NCBI GenBank assembly: GCA_023261845.1
Contig: JALNJZ010000008.1
Coordinates: forward strand, 1-61,891
Length of the DNA: 61,891 bases
Origin: Candidatus Terraquivivens tengchongensis
Lineage (GTDB): Archaea > Thermoproteota > Nitrososphaeria_A > Caldarchaeales > Wolframiiraptoraceae
Direction of reading: 5' to 3'
Notes under the pieces: model-generated
Databases searched by the model: none
Told to the model about the DNA's origin: nothing
What the model saw: the letters and a program-made list of their open reading frames with translations, nothing else
Translations under genes and position numbers: made by a program
Shown: piece after piece, positions 31,163-41,030 of the stretch
Layout of the letters: each line of letters opens with the position of its first letter
Position numbering within the stretch: position 1 is the stretch's first letter

Positions 31163-32278
31163 CTAGATGTGTTCAGCATAACCGAATAAACCTTCCAGTC
31201 CATCTACCCATACCTTGGCTGGAATGTTGGAGTAATCTTGTAACTGTCTTCTTATCAGTTTAATATCATCTTTTGTTGGTACGAATGGATAGTTACGCAT
31301 CTCACCGATTAGTGCGTGATACGGCGTGTAATCCGAGAAGGGTCTGTTGCATGCGTTATCCCTCTTCTTGCTGGCACATCCTGAGGTCATAAACGGAAGC
31401 CCGCTTTCTATCACCTCGTCAAGCACATCTTTTTCCAGACCAAAATCTATCAATCTTCCAAAGTTATCAAAACGCATATTGTCAACGCTCGTTAGGCCCT
31501 TGTTGATTAGGTAACGAGCGAGCTGTATGCGCCTATATTGTCCAATTGGGGGCTGAGTATGTTCTTCCATAATTGAGCCCTCCTCCGGGAAGAATGAGAA
31601 TAGGTGTGTTAATGCGCCGATATCGTAAGCCGTTTGTATACATCTGACCATCTCCTCCTCAGTCTCACCAAGGCCGACTATCAAGTGAACGCCGACATTA
31701 TACCTGCCAAATACATCTACAGCCTCTTCAACAGTATTCCAGTATTTCTCCCAACGATGGGGGCCTCCGACCCCTTTGCCCCTGAGTTTATCAAAAAGCT
31801 CAGGTGTCGCGGCATCTATTGCTATGCCTACTTTGTCAGCCCCTGCCCTCTTCAGTTCCTCGAGCCAGCTACGGTCTATTATCGTCGGCGTTATTAGCCC
31901 GGATATTGAGTCTGTCTTTTTGCGTAACCTCCTAACGATTGTTAGACAGTCCTCCGGCGCCCTACGGTTCGTCACCATCGAGACACAAACCCTTTCAACG
32001 TACGGACATGAGTCCATTCTTTCAAGGACTTCATTTAGGCTAACCGTCGGCCAATCGACACGTATGAAGCTGTAGTCGGTCCAGATTTTCTCTAACTTTC
32101 TGCTTCTAGAAAGTCCGCAGTAAGCACACCTTCCTACACAACCATTACTATACGTTAGGAGGAGGTTAACACAATAAAGGGTCGCACCCCTAAAGAACGC
32201 ACCGTTTACCAATCCCAATGTCATGGCTGCTGCAAGGCTTATTCTTACATACTCTGGCGATTCTTGTTGTATAGTCAT
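31163..32278 (-). CDS. lipS2: Radical SAM lipoyl synthase component LipS2
   Basis: CVGRCAYC plus TSGC...CNRP motif characteristic of LipS2. Confidence 0.8.
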   Translation of the reverse strand: MTIQQESPEYVRISLAAAMTLGLVNGAFFRGATLYCVNLLLTYSNGCVGRCAYCGLSRSRKLEKIWTDYSFIRVDWPTVSLNEVLERMDSCPYVERVCVSMVTNRRAPEDCLTIVRRLRKKTDSISGLITPTIIDRSWLEELKRAGADKVGIAIDAATPELFDKLRGKGVGGPHRWEKYWNTVEEAVDVFGRYNVGVHLIVGLGETEEEMVRCIQTAYDIGALTHLFSFFPEEGSIMEEHTQPPIGQYRRIQLARYLINKGLTSVDNMRFDNFGRLIDFGLEKDVLDEVIESGLPFMTSGCASKKRDNACNRPFSDYTPYHALIGEMRNYPFVPTKDDIKLIRRQLQDYSNIPAKVWVDGLEGLFGYAEHI

Positions 32279-32302
32279 TATGTTATGGTTCAGGAATTTT
32301 TG

Positions 32303-32316
32303 TATATAACTTTTTA
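32303..32316 (-). promoter_or_regulatory. BRE/TATA-like promoter for the lipS2 operon (leaderless spacing)
   Basis: Minus strand AAAAAG-TTATATA about 25 nt upstream of the ATG at 32278. Confidence 0.45.
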
Positions 32317-32320
32317 ACGG

Positions 32321-33406
32321 TCACGACGGTACCATATGAGTTGCCCAGATCCTACATGTACCTTCAATAGAGACCATGCATGGTCCTATGGGCTTATTCG
32401 GTTTGCATACTTTCATGTAAAGTGGACATTGTGTAGGCTTGATTCTTCCGAGCATTATCTCGGCACATCTGCACCCTGCATGCATCTCATTGGCATAGTC
32501 CACGTCCTTCAGGCCGTACTTGTATTTTGCATCGTAATCCTTAAACTCCTCCTTCAGGATGAAGCCGCTGCTTTCTATTGTACCTATACCCCTCCAATGG
32601 GCGTCGGTTAGTTTAAAGACGTGGTTAATCGTTTGCATTGCCCTAACATTGCCTTCCCACGTGACGGACCTCGAATACTGGTTTAGCACTTCTGCCCTAC
32701 CCTCTGATATCTGCTTAACCAACATGAAGATAGACATTAAAACATCCACAGGCTCGAAACCGGAGGCAACAACAGGTATTCCGTACTCTTTAGCTAGAGG
32801 TTCGTAAGCCTTTAGGCCGCTTATCGTCGTTGCATGGCCAGGCGCTATTACGCCATCCATCTCCAGCTTACCGCGTGAGTAAAGAGCGATAACTGCAGGA
32901 GGTACGTACCTGTGCGAGCTGAGTATCGAGAAATTTTTCGGCGGGGTACGAAGTATATGTAGCGCAGTAGCCGGAGCGGTGGTCTCAAACCCTACCGCAA
33001 AGAAGACGACTTCCCTGTTCTGATCCGATTCCGCCATCCTTAAGGCATCGAGTATGCTATAAACGATCTTCACATCGCCGCCTTCTGACCTTACCGCCTC
33101 TAAGGAGTGCTTGACACCGATCGACCTTGATACGTCTCCGAATACAGCAACAGTCTTACCTTCAAGTGCGAGTTCGGCGGCTTGGTCTATGTCCAATGCA
33201 GGAGTTATGCATACAGGACAGCCAGGCCCGGCGATAAGTTCTATGTTATCTGGGAGGAGCGCGCGCAACCCATAATGGACTATAGTCCATTCATGCGTAC
33301 CACATACATGACATATTTTAATCGGTTTCTTCAGATGTATGTTCTTTATTTTGCGTACGAGTGCCTCCACTAATTCTCTATTCTTGAATTCCTTCAGAAA
33401 GCTCAA
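32321..33406 (-). CDS. hypD: Hydrogenase maturation protein HypD
   Basis: HVCGTH, GPGCPVC, GFETT, APGH, CMVSIEGTC. Confidence 0.97.
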   Translation of the reverse strand: MSFLKEFKNRELVEALVRKIKNIHLKKPIKICHVCGTHEWTIVHYGLRALLPDNIELIAGPGCPVCITPALDIDQAAELALEGKTVAVFGDVSRSIGVKHSLEAVRSEGGDVKIVYSILDALRMAESDQNREVVFFAVGFETTAPATALHILRTPPKNFSILSSHRYVPPAVIALYSRGKLEMDGVIAPGHATTISGLKAYEPLAKEYGIPVVASGFEPVDVLMSIFMLVKQISEGRAEVLNQYSRSVTWEGNVRAMQTINHVFKLTDAHWRGIGTIESSGFILKEEFKDYDAKYKYGLKDVDYANEMHAGCRCAEIMLGRIKPTQCPLYMKVCKPNKPIGPCMVSIEGTCRIWATHMVPS

Positions 33407-33430
33407 ATGGTATCACCGGAGATGCAGTAA

Positions 33431-33646
33431 TTATTCGCTGAGCATCTCTGATAACAGCTCTATTGTCTTGAGCGCCTCGTCCTCGTTAAGCACCTGTATG
33501 GCGTAGCCAGCATGAACAAGCACGTACTGTCCTATAGAGACGTCTACGAGTGAAACATCCACCTCTCTGAGCGTATTATCACCAAAATCTACTTTGGCCA
33601 TATTACCGACTTTTTCGATAACCTTTGCGGGCACGGCTAAGCACAT
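33431..33646 (-). CDS. hypC: Hydrogenase chaperone HypC
   Basis: MCLAVPA N-terminus (ATG 33646), YVLVHAGYA. Confidence 0.95.
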   Translation of the reverse strand: MCLAVPAKVIEKVGNMAKVDFGDNTLREVDVSLVDVSIGQYVLVHAGYAIQVLNEDEALKTIELLSEMLSE

Positions 33647-33692
33647 CTTATATAAGATTCGCGTCGTTCCAGCTAATAAACTCTCGTTAGAC

Positions 33693-34064
33693 CTAAAGCT
33701 CAAGCCTAACCCTTTTTATGATGCAGCCCTTCCCCTCTAAGACTTCTACAGGACTTCCGCATACAGGGCACAAGAATAAAGGTGTTGAGACGTGATAAGA
33801 TGCATCATCGACGTAGTCTGGCTTACCATCGAACCCGCAGACCTCGCACCTAACGTGAGCATCCATAATGTTAATGATTAGACGGGAATTTTCTAGGATT
33901 GTGCCCTTAGAAAGTACGTTGTATGCAAAGCGCATCTGTTCTGGATTAAGGAAGGATAGCTGGCCGACGTCTAACTCAATTTCTAAAACCCTTTTCGCGT
34001 CCCTCTTCCTAGCTTCTTCAATTACTTTCTCTACGAGCTGTGACATGATGGAGAACTCGTGCAT
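33693..34064 (-). CDS. hypA: Nickel chaperone HypA
   Basis: MHE N-terminus and two CxxC motifs. Confidence 0.95.
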   Translation of the reverse strand: MHEFSIMSQLVEKVIEEARKRDAKRVLEIELDVGQLSFLNPEQMRFAYNVLSKGTILENSRLIINIMDAHVRCEVCGFDGKPDYVDDASYHVSTPLFLCPVCGSPVEVLEGKGCIIKRVRLEL

Positions 34065-34066
34065 GT

Positions 34067-34768
34067 CTACAACAAACCCAGTACCTTGGCTACTTTCTCT
34101 ATGCCCTCACCAGTTTTGCAACTCGTCCTAATGACCACAATATCTGGAGAAACTTTTTTTATCTTGGCTTCCAACCCATCGACATCAACATCCATAGTTC
34201 CTGCTAGATCTATCTTGTTAATAACTGCCACATCCGCTTCCATGAATATGTAAGGGTGTTTTAACGGTGTGTAAGGACCCTCGGTCACACTTATGACGAC
34301 CACTCTGCTGTCCGTTCCAAGCGGAAATTCGGCCGGGCATATCAAATTCCCAACATTCTCTATAAAAAGCACATCAATGTCATTCAGGTCTATTTTGCTT
34401 AGGGCCTTTCTCACGAGGTTAGCATCAAGATGACATTCCTTGCCAGTGTTTATCTGTAACGTCTTAGCGCCAGACCTCTTCAACCTTTCGGCGTCTATTG
34501 TCGTCGTAACATCGCCACCAAATACAGCAATTCTATATTTGTCCTTTAACAGTCCTATTAGCCTCTCAATCAACGTTGTCTTCCCCGAACCCACGGAGCC
34601 CATAACGTCTATGGCTCTTATGCGGTGCTTTTCTAGGAGTTGTTTGTTTTCTTCAGCTATTTTTCTGTTCGCCTCAAGCAAGTCTTCTTCGAGTTCTATG
34701 TCGAAAACCTCGCCCTTATCAGGCACTATTACCTCTATTTCGTCTGGCAAAGCTGGGTGCTCCCTCAA
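34067..34768 (-). CDS. hypB: GTPase HypB
   Basis: GSVGSGKTT, ECHLDA, ENVGNLICP, NKID. Confidence 0.96.
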   Translation of the reverse strand: MREHPALPDEIEVIVPDKGEVFDIELEEDLLEANRKIAEENKQLLEKHRIRAIDVMGSVGSGKTTLIERLIGLLKDKYRIAVFGGDVTTTIDAERLKRSGAKTLQINTGKECHLDANLVRKALSKIDLNDIDVLFIENVGNLICPAEFPLGTDSRVVVISVTEGPYTPLKHPYIFMEADVAVINKIDLAGTMDVDVDGLEAKIKKVSPDIVVIRTSCKTGEGIEKVAKVLGLL

Positions 34769-34928
34769 GTTTAAGACGTTTGTTCTAAGATTTAAAGGTG
34801 AGTTGGTATATGTATAAAAGGGTCTTTGGTCAATTTCAGAAAGACACTAACACCACTCATATATGTATTCGGTTAGAAACGTTTAAAAATCGCAAAAAGT
34901 TTTTGTGTTGTAAGTTCGGTGTCATCTC

Positions 34929-36515
34929 TTGACTCAAACCATTAAATCTTTGAAGGAAGATGCCAAAGTCATTGCCACCACCCAGAGTATCTGTCCTACG
35001 TGTAATGCAATAATACCAGCATATCTTCTCGAAATAGATGGAAAAGTTCTAATGAGAAAGTCCTGTCCAGAGCATGGTTATGTTGAGGAGCTTTATTTTG
35101 GCGACGCGAACATGTACAAAAGGTTTAGCAGGTGGGCACATGATGGTAAGGGAATAGAGAACCCGAACGTTCAAGTTAAGGAGCCGACCTGTCCGATGGA
35201 CTGTGGTCTATGTAACATGCATTTGAGCCATACGGCTCTTGCAAATCTTGTTGTGACAAATAGGTGCGATCTCAGGTGCTGGTACTGCTTCTTTTACAGC
35301 GAAAAGGCAGGATATGTTTACGAGCCTACATTAGAGCAAATAGAGGAGATGATAAAGGTCCTTAGGGCAGAGAGGCCGGTACCAGGAAACTCTGTCCAGT
35401 TGACAGGCGGAGAGCCATGTTTGAGGGATGATCTCCCGGATATAATTCGCATAATAAAAAAGTACGGCGTTGATCATGTCCAGCTTAACACTAACGGCAT
35501 AAGGCTTGCTAACGACTTTGAGTTTTTCAAGAGGGTTAAGGAGGCTGGCTTGAGTACACTTTACCTAAGCTTCGACGGCGTAACACCAGAGACAAATTTG
35601 AAGAACCATTGGGAGGTGCCAGCAATTTTAGATAACGCGAGAAGACTCAACATTGGCGTCGTTCTTGTACCGACCATAATAAAGTCCGTTAACGAGCATG
35701 AGTTGGGAGACATCATCAGGTTTGGTTTCAAAAATATTGATATAGTTAGATCGGTGAACTTTCAGCCAGTCTCAATAACCGGTCTGATGCCAAAAAAGGA
35801 TAGGGATAAGTATAGGATAACGATACCCGATTGCATTCACCTTATAGAGGAGCAAACGGATGGGCAGATACCAGCGGATGCCTGGTTCACGGTTCCTACA
35901 TGCGCGCCCGTGACACACTTTGTAGAAGCTTTAACGTTAAAACCACAGTACGAACTGACGCCGCACTTCGTCTGCGGTGCCGGAACGTACGTTTTTAAAG
36001 ATGGGGACAGGCTCGTGCCGATAACAGACTTCATTGATATTAATGGTCTGCTTAATTACCTCTCCGAAAAGGCGGAGGAGGTAAGGCAGGGGAAGAGTAA
36101 GTACATAGTGGGGCTCAAGCTGCTTATGAAAATAAAGAGTTTCATAAATGAAAGTAAAAAGCCGAGTGGGCTGAACGTATCTAGAATTCTCTTCCAGATG
36201 CTTATAAAGCACGACTATAGGAGCGTTGGCGAATGGCATAAGAGAAGCCTTTTCCTCGGCATGATGCACTTCCAAGATAAGTACAACTACGACATAGAGA
36301 GGGTTAAAAGGTGTAGCATTCACTACCTCGTGCCGGACGGTCGTATCATTCCGTTCTGTGCGTTCAACGTGTTACCGGAGATTTATAGGGATAGCATACA
36401 AGCGAAGTATGGTATACCCATACCTGAGTGGGAAAGACGTACGGGTAGAAAGCTAAGCCAAGATTTTTACGTCAGAAAACAACCAACGGTGGTTGAAGGG
36501 ACAACGCGAGCTTAA
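34929..36515 (+). CDS. tes: Radical SAM tetraether lipid synthase (Tes/GDGT-MAS, MJ0619 family)
   Basis: N-terminal SICPTC..CPEHG, CPMDCGLC, CDLRCWYC, C-terminal RC..IIPFCAFN. Confidence 0.85.
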   Translation: MTQTIKSLKEDAKVIATTQSICPTCNAIIPAYLLEIDGKVLMRKSCPEHGYVEELYFGDANMYKRFSRWAHDGKGIENPNVQVKEPTCPMDCGLCNMHLSHTALANLVVTNRCDLRCWYCFFYSEKAGYVYEPTLEQIEEMIKVLRAERPVPGNSVQLTGGEPCLRDDLPDIIRIIKKYGVDHVQLNTNGIRLANDFEFFKRVKEAGLSTLYLSFDGVTPETNLKNHWEVPAILDNARRLNIGVVLVPTIIKSVNEHELGDIIRFGFKNIDIVRSVNFQPVSITGLMPKKDRDKYRITIPDCIHLIEEQTDGQIPADAWFTVPTCAPVTHFVEALTLKPQYELTPHFVCGAGTYVFKDGDRLVPITDFIDINGLLNYLSEKAEEVRQGKSKYIVGLKLLMKIKSFINESKKPSGLNVSRILFQMLIKHDYRSVGEWHKRSLFLGMMHFQDKYNYDIERVKRCSIHYLVPDGRIIPFCAFNVLPEIYRDSIQAKYGIPIPEWERRTGRKLSQDFYVRKQPTVVEGTTRA

Positions 36516-36545
36516 TTTTTATTAATGGTTTAGATAAATGGCCTA

Positions 36546-37400
36546 ATGATGGGTTTAAGGAAGCGGTTGCTCGAATTTCTCGAGGAGGACTTAGGCTGGG
36601 GAGACATAACAAGCGAGCTGATAATTCCAGAAGATGCAAAGGGCAGAGGAATTGTGAGGGCAAAGGAACCAGGCATAATGTGCGGCTGTGAGGAAGCAAG
36701 GGAGCTGGCCAAGCTTATGGACCTTAACGTTAAAGTCCTCAAAAGAGACGGTGAGCCTTTTGATAAGGGAGATGTTTTGCTGGAGCTTGTTGGTAGCGTG
36801 AGAAGCATACTAGCAATTGAGAGGGTTCTTTTAAACTTGCTTGCGCATATGTGTGGTGTGGCGACATATACGAGGAGAATAGTCGAGAAGGTACGTCAAG
36901 TAAATCCGAGAGTTAGGGTTGCGGCCACGAGGAAGACGTTACCAGGCTTGCGACTTTTCGAGAAGAAGGCCGTAAAAGTAGGCGGTGGTGACACGCATAG
37001 GTACGATTTATCAAGTATGGTGTTGATAAAGGACAACCACATAGCCGTCGTAGGCGACATTAAACTAGCTGTCGAAAGTGTTAAAAGGCTTGCAAGCTTC
37101 GCCGTAAAAATTGAGACCGAGGTTTCGACTGTAAAGGATGCAATCGATGCCGCAAGAGCGGGTGCCGACATCATCATGCTCGATAATATGACACCGTCCG
37201 AGATTAAAGAAGCGATAAGGGCGTTAGAAGTAAGTGGGTTAAGGGAAAACGTGCTGCTCGAAGCCTCAGGCAGGATTACTGAGGAAAACGTCGTAGATTA
37301 TGCAACAACCGGTGTAGACATTATTTCTATGGGTGAGATCACACATTCAGCTAAATCAATAGATATTAGCCTAGATGTTGAGTCGTTAATTAAAGAATGA
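36546..37400 (+). CDS. nadC: Quinolinate phosphoribosyltransferase
   Basis: EDLGWGDITS, TRKTLPG, HRYDLS, IKDNH, MLDN, EASG. Confidence 0.96.
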   Translation: MMGLRKRLLEFLEEDLGWGDITSELIIPEDAKGRGIVRAKEPGIMCGCEEARELAKLMDLNVKVLKRDGEPFDKGDVLLELVGSVRSILAIERVLLNLLAHMCGVATYTRRIVEKVRQVNPRVRVAATRKTLPGLRLFEKKAVKVGGGDTHRYDLSSMVLIKDNHIAVVGDIKLAVESVKRLASFAVKIETEVSTVKDAIDAARAGADIIMLDNMTPSEIKEAIRALEVSGLRENVLLEASGRITEENVVDYATTGVDIISMGEITHSAKSIDISLDVESLIKE

Positions 37401-38181
37401 TCTCCGGCCTCCACCTTAAGAACCTGCTTTCTATTCTCTTGACTAGCTCCACGAGCGTAGCGCCCATTATAGCAACCACCAGAACCAACGCATAAAGCCT
37501 ATCGCTCATTAGAAGCCCCTCGGCGTATATGAGCTGATATCCGATACCTACGGTCGCACCGACGAATTCTCCTATTATCGCACCTATGAGGGAATACGAT
37601 ACGCTAAGCCTTAGACCTGCAAATATCCAAGACACCACAGATGGTAGGATTACTATCCGCATTATCTGAAGTCTGCTAGCGTTCATGACCCTCATGATGT
37701 TCAGTATATCCGGATCTATGGATTTTATGCCAAGGTAAGTGTTATAGAATATGACGAAAAATGCGAGCGACCACGCCAAGAATATCTTAGAAAAGATTCC
37801 TATACCGAACCAGAAGATGACGAGCGGTGCGAGAGCCGGTCTAGGAATGGAGTTCAGCGCCGACATGAATGGTTCAAGTGTTGAAGAAACTAACTCTGAA
37901 TAGGCAAAGAGTAGTCCTAAAGCAACACCACTCACTATACCTAAGATGAGACCTGCAAAAGCTTCTCCAAGTGTTACGAATATATCTTTGAGAACGTTCT
38001 CTTGGAAGAAGAGTATGTAGAGCTCGCGCCCAATACGGCTTGGACTACTTGAGTAGAACGGGTCAAGTAGCGAAAACGATGGATAAATTCCGCCAGCTAA
38101 TGCTTCCCAAAGGAGCAAGAACATCATTAAGAGTGCTAAACGCCTTACATGCAACTTCCAGTTGCTTGTCGATGGTTTCAT
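37390..38181 (-). CDS. ABC transporter permease (NitT/TauT family)
   Basis: Multi-TM protein; SIPRPALAP, GAIIGEF. Confidence 0.9.
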   Translation of the reverse strand: MKPSTSNWKLHVRRLALLMMFLLLWEALAGGIYPSFSLLDPFYSSSPSRIGRELYILFFQENVLKDIFVTLGEAFAGLILGIVSGVALGLLFAYSELVSSTLEPFMSALNSIPRPALAPLVIFWFGIGIFSKIFLAWSLAFFVIFYNTYLGIKSIDPDILNIMRVMNASRLQIMRIVILPSVVSWIFAGLRLSVSYSLIGAIIGEFVGATVGIGYQLIYAEGLLMSDRLYALVLVVAIMGATLVELVKRIESRFLRWRPEIIL

Positions 38182-38199
38182 GATGCATACCTTCCATAC

Positions 38200-38988
38200 T
38201 CAGAGAAGGTCTAGCTGGCCCATTCGCATATCTTCCTTGAGGTCATCCAGTATGAGTCTATAAAGTCTATTAAATTCTGGGTCAAGTCTAGAACCGAGTG
38301 CAGACCTAGGTTTTGGTAGTTTGACAACATACTCTGACTTCACACTACCTGGTCTACTGTTCATCACGAGAACCCTGCTACCTAATATTATAGCCTCAGC
38401 TATATCGTGCGTAACCATTAATATGGTCTTCCGTGTCTTCATATGTATCCTTAATATTTCATCCTGAAGAGCCATCCTAGTTTGCGCGTCGAGCAAGCCG
38501 AGTGGTTCGTCCATAAGTATGAATTCCGGGTCGTAGGCAATCGCCCTTGCCAGCGCAACCCTTTGTCTCATGCCCGCAGATAGCTCGTGTGGATATTTAT
38601 TCTCGTAACCTTCGAGTCCAACCATTTTCAAGAGGTCTAGCGCCACCTTCTTTCTCTTTTCCTCCGGAAACTTTCTAACCTCGAGGCCCAGCGTGACGTT
38701 CTCGATGACCGTTCTCCAAGGAAGGAGTGCGTCCCTTTGGAAGACGTATCCTATACTTTTAGGATTTTTGACGAATATCTTACCGCTCATCAACACATCT
38801 TTTCGAAAGTTTAGCAGACCTGCAATGGCGTTAAGTAGAGTTGTCTTCCCGCAACCGCTGGGGCCAACTATTGTAACAAGTTCGCCGTCGTATAATTTAA
38901 ACGATACATTGCGGAGTGCATCAACTCTTCCCGTCGGTGACAAATAGGATACGCTCAATCCTTCAACGGATACGCATTCGGTGTTCAT
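38200..38988 (-). CDS. ABC transporter ATP-binding protein (NitT/TauT)
   Basis: GPSGCGKT, LSAGMRQR, LMDEP, VTHD; likely start ATG 38988. Confidence 0.93.
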   Translation of the reverse strand: MNTECVSVEGLSVSYLSPTGRVDALRNVSFKLYDGELVTIVGPSGCGKTTLLNAIAGLLNFRKDVLMSGKIFVKNPKSIGYVFQRDALLPWRTVIENVTLGLEVRKFPEEKRKKVALDLLKMVGLEGYENKYPHELSAGMRQRVALARAIAYDPEFILMDEPLGLLDAQTRMALQDEILRIHMKTRKTILMVTHDIAEAIILGSRVLVMNSRPGSVKSEYVVKLPKPRSALGSRLDPEFNRLYRLILDDLKEDMRMGQLDLL

Positions 38989-38990
38989 AA

Positions 38991-40001
38991 CTACGGCCTC
39001 CTGCCTACGAATCTCCAATCTACAGCTTCCTCAAAGCTTACGCTTTTCTCAAGAGCGCCAACCTCGATTAACGGCACGAGGTCGGCATAGTAGGCAGACT
39101 CACTTAAGCTACCATCTTCGGGTATGGCTTCCTTTATCCTATTTACAACCTTCTCGAGAAGTGCTATCTCCATACCCTTAAAGTATGGTTGAAGGACCTC
39201 GGCCACTTTCCTAGCGTCCTCCTTTTTTATGAACTCCAACGCCATTCTATGAGCCTTTACAACCCTTTCGACGATGTCAGGGTTATTGGATATGAAGTCC
39301 TCTCTGGTGACCAAGACCTGCGACATAGCCTCCTCTCCTAGCAACTCTACGTGCTGTTTTGGATCATAAAGGTCAATTAGCGCGTAAGCCTCACCGCTTT
39401 CCATCAGCTGCGTTGTCAGCGGGTCCCACGCTATGACCGCGTCAACCTTTCCAGTCTTTAGGGCCGTGTACATCGTCGAAAGCCCTCCAACGGCCACCAT
39501 TTCTACATCCTTTCCAGGCTCGAGTCCAGCTTTCTTTAAGAAGTAAACGGCGAATGCCCAGCTTCCAGCACCTGGTGCCGAGAAGCCCAACCTAAGACCC
39601 TTCAAGTCTTTAACCTCTTTGACAACGTCCCTAAGCTCCGACCTGACCATCAATGAAAATATTTCTCGAGAGTGTAGTGACATTATTATCTTCAGCGGTC
39701 TATCCTTAAGCCTAGCTATGGGTACGTGTACTGTCGATAGCGAAGCAAAATCTATCTCGCCAGTTATGAGTGCTTCCCTTGCTTTTGTGCCGCTCGGAAA
39801 CGCCATGTAGGTCGCATTTATTCCTACATCGTCCATGAAGAGGGCTATCGCCACATAAGTCGGCGCGTACGTTATTGCAGGTACGTTACCTATCTTAACG
39901 CTGTATTTGGTCTCTTCTTTTGGTACATAAAGAAAGAGCGTACCCAAGATGAGTGCTACGATAATTATTGCCGTAATTATCAGCACATTCAGTCGTTTCA
40001 T
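38991..40001 (-). CDS. ABC transporter substrate-binding protein (NMT1/SsuA-like)
   Basis: N-terminal anchor, DLKGLRLG..PG, GKVDA. Confidence 0.88.
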   Translation of the reverse strand: MKRLNVLIITAIIIVALILGTLFLYVPKEETKYSVKIGNVPAITYAPTYVAIALFMDDVGINATYMAFPSGTKAREALITGEIDFASLSTVHVPIARLKDRPLKIIMSLHSREIFSLMVRSELRDVVKEVKDLKGLRLGFSAPGAGSWAFAVYFLKKAGLEPGKDVEMVAVGGLSTMYTALKTGKVDAVIAWDPLTTQLMESGEAYALIDLYDPKQHVELLGEEAMSQVLVTREDFISNNPDIVERVVKAHRMALEFIKKEDARKVAEVLQPYFKGMEIALLEKVVNRIKEAIPEDGSLSESAYYADLVPLIEVGALEKSVSFEEAVDWRFVGRRP

Positions 40002-40100
40002 CGCTTTACAGTCTGAAAACGCGTTAGTTTAAAGCGTATCTTTGATGGCAAATTATGTTAGAATGCTAGACGTTCCTTGCAATTTATGCATTTTTTAGTG

Positions 40101-40322
40101 CTATTTCGTGGCCTTGGTATCGGCTTGGAAATTTATCTTATGGTGTGATCCGTCGCAAAACGGCTTGTTTTCGGAGGCACCACATCTACAAAGAGAGACA
40201 AACTCTCTATCTACGGGTAACTGGAAAACATTGTCCTCGTAATCCACAAGCTGGAAAGGCCCATACACTCTATAAGGACCATTCTTGCGGACCACTATTT
40301 TTACTATTTTTTCTTGAGTCAT
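40101..40322 (-). CDS. CDGSH iron-sulfur domain protein
   Basis: LCRCGASENKPFCDGSH. Confidence 0.92.
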   Translation of the reverse strand: MTQEKIVKIVVRKNGPYRVYGPFQLVDYEDNVFQLPVDREFVSLCRCGASENKPFCDGSHHKINFQADTKATK

Positions 40323-40352
40323 GTATTACATAACTGTATTATATGTATTTAT

Positions 40353-41030
40353 TTATATTTTTTGACTATTGCGGTTACGTCTCCTTGCATACCATTCACA
40401 GTAAATCGTTATAGGACAGAGTTCGCATTTTGGCCTCGGCTTCTTGCATATTTCTTTTCCAAACCTAACCAGTATCCCGTTTACAATCCTTCTCATGTAT
40501 GGCGGTGTGATGCTTTCTATACCCTTTCTCGTCTCCTCGTACTTCGCGTTCCACCTGACTATTCCAAGCCTCTTGGAAACCGTCTCAACGTGTGTATCTA
40601 CTGCCACAATCGGTTCGCCATAGGCGATTGATAGCACGATATCAGCCGTCTTGTAACCTACGCCCGGAAGCTCGATGAGCGTCTCCCTGTTTCTTGGTAC
40701 TTGTCCACCATAGCGCTCAAGTATTAATTTTGCGACCTCCTTTACCCTCTTAGCCTTCTGTCTGTAAAACCCTACAGGCTTTATTAGGCGCATTATGTCG
40801 CTGAGTGATGCCTTCGCAATTTCCTCAGCATTCTTATACTTTGAGAAGAGTCTGCTGAATGCCAAATCCGTCATCTCATCACGGGTTCTATGCGAAAGTA
40901 TCGTACCTATGAGTACCTTGAATGGGTCCGACCTATCTAAATGCGCAGGAGTCTGAATGCCATAACGCTCAGATAGTAATTTAATTATGTTTGTGAAAGT
41001 TTTTTCGTCCAACTTTGCATACTTAAACAT
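40353..41030 (-). CDS. nth: Endonuclease III
   Basis: HhH LPGVGYKTA, VDTHV, C-x6-C-x2-C-x5-C. Confidence 0.93.
   Translation of the reverse strand: MFKYAKLDEKTFTNIIKLLSERYGIQTPAHLDRSDPFKVLIGTILSHRTRDEMTDLAFSRLFSKYKNAEEIAKASLSDIMRLIKPVGFYRQKAKRVKEVAKLILERYGGQVPRNRETLIELPGVGYKTADIVLSIAYGEPIVAVDTHVETVSKRLGIVRWNAKYEETRKGIESITPPYMRRIVNGILVRFGKEICKKPRPKCELCPITIYCEWYARRRNRNSQKI

Noticed and set aside
34929-36515. Radical SAM gene as part of the hydrogenase/lipoate island
   Set aside because: Motifs match tetraether lipid synthase, a housekeeping lipid enzyme transcribed divergently with nadC
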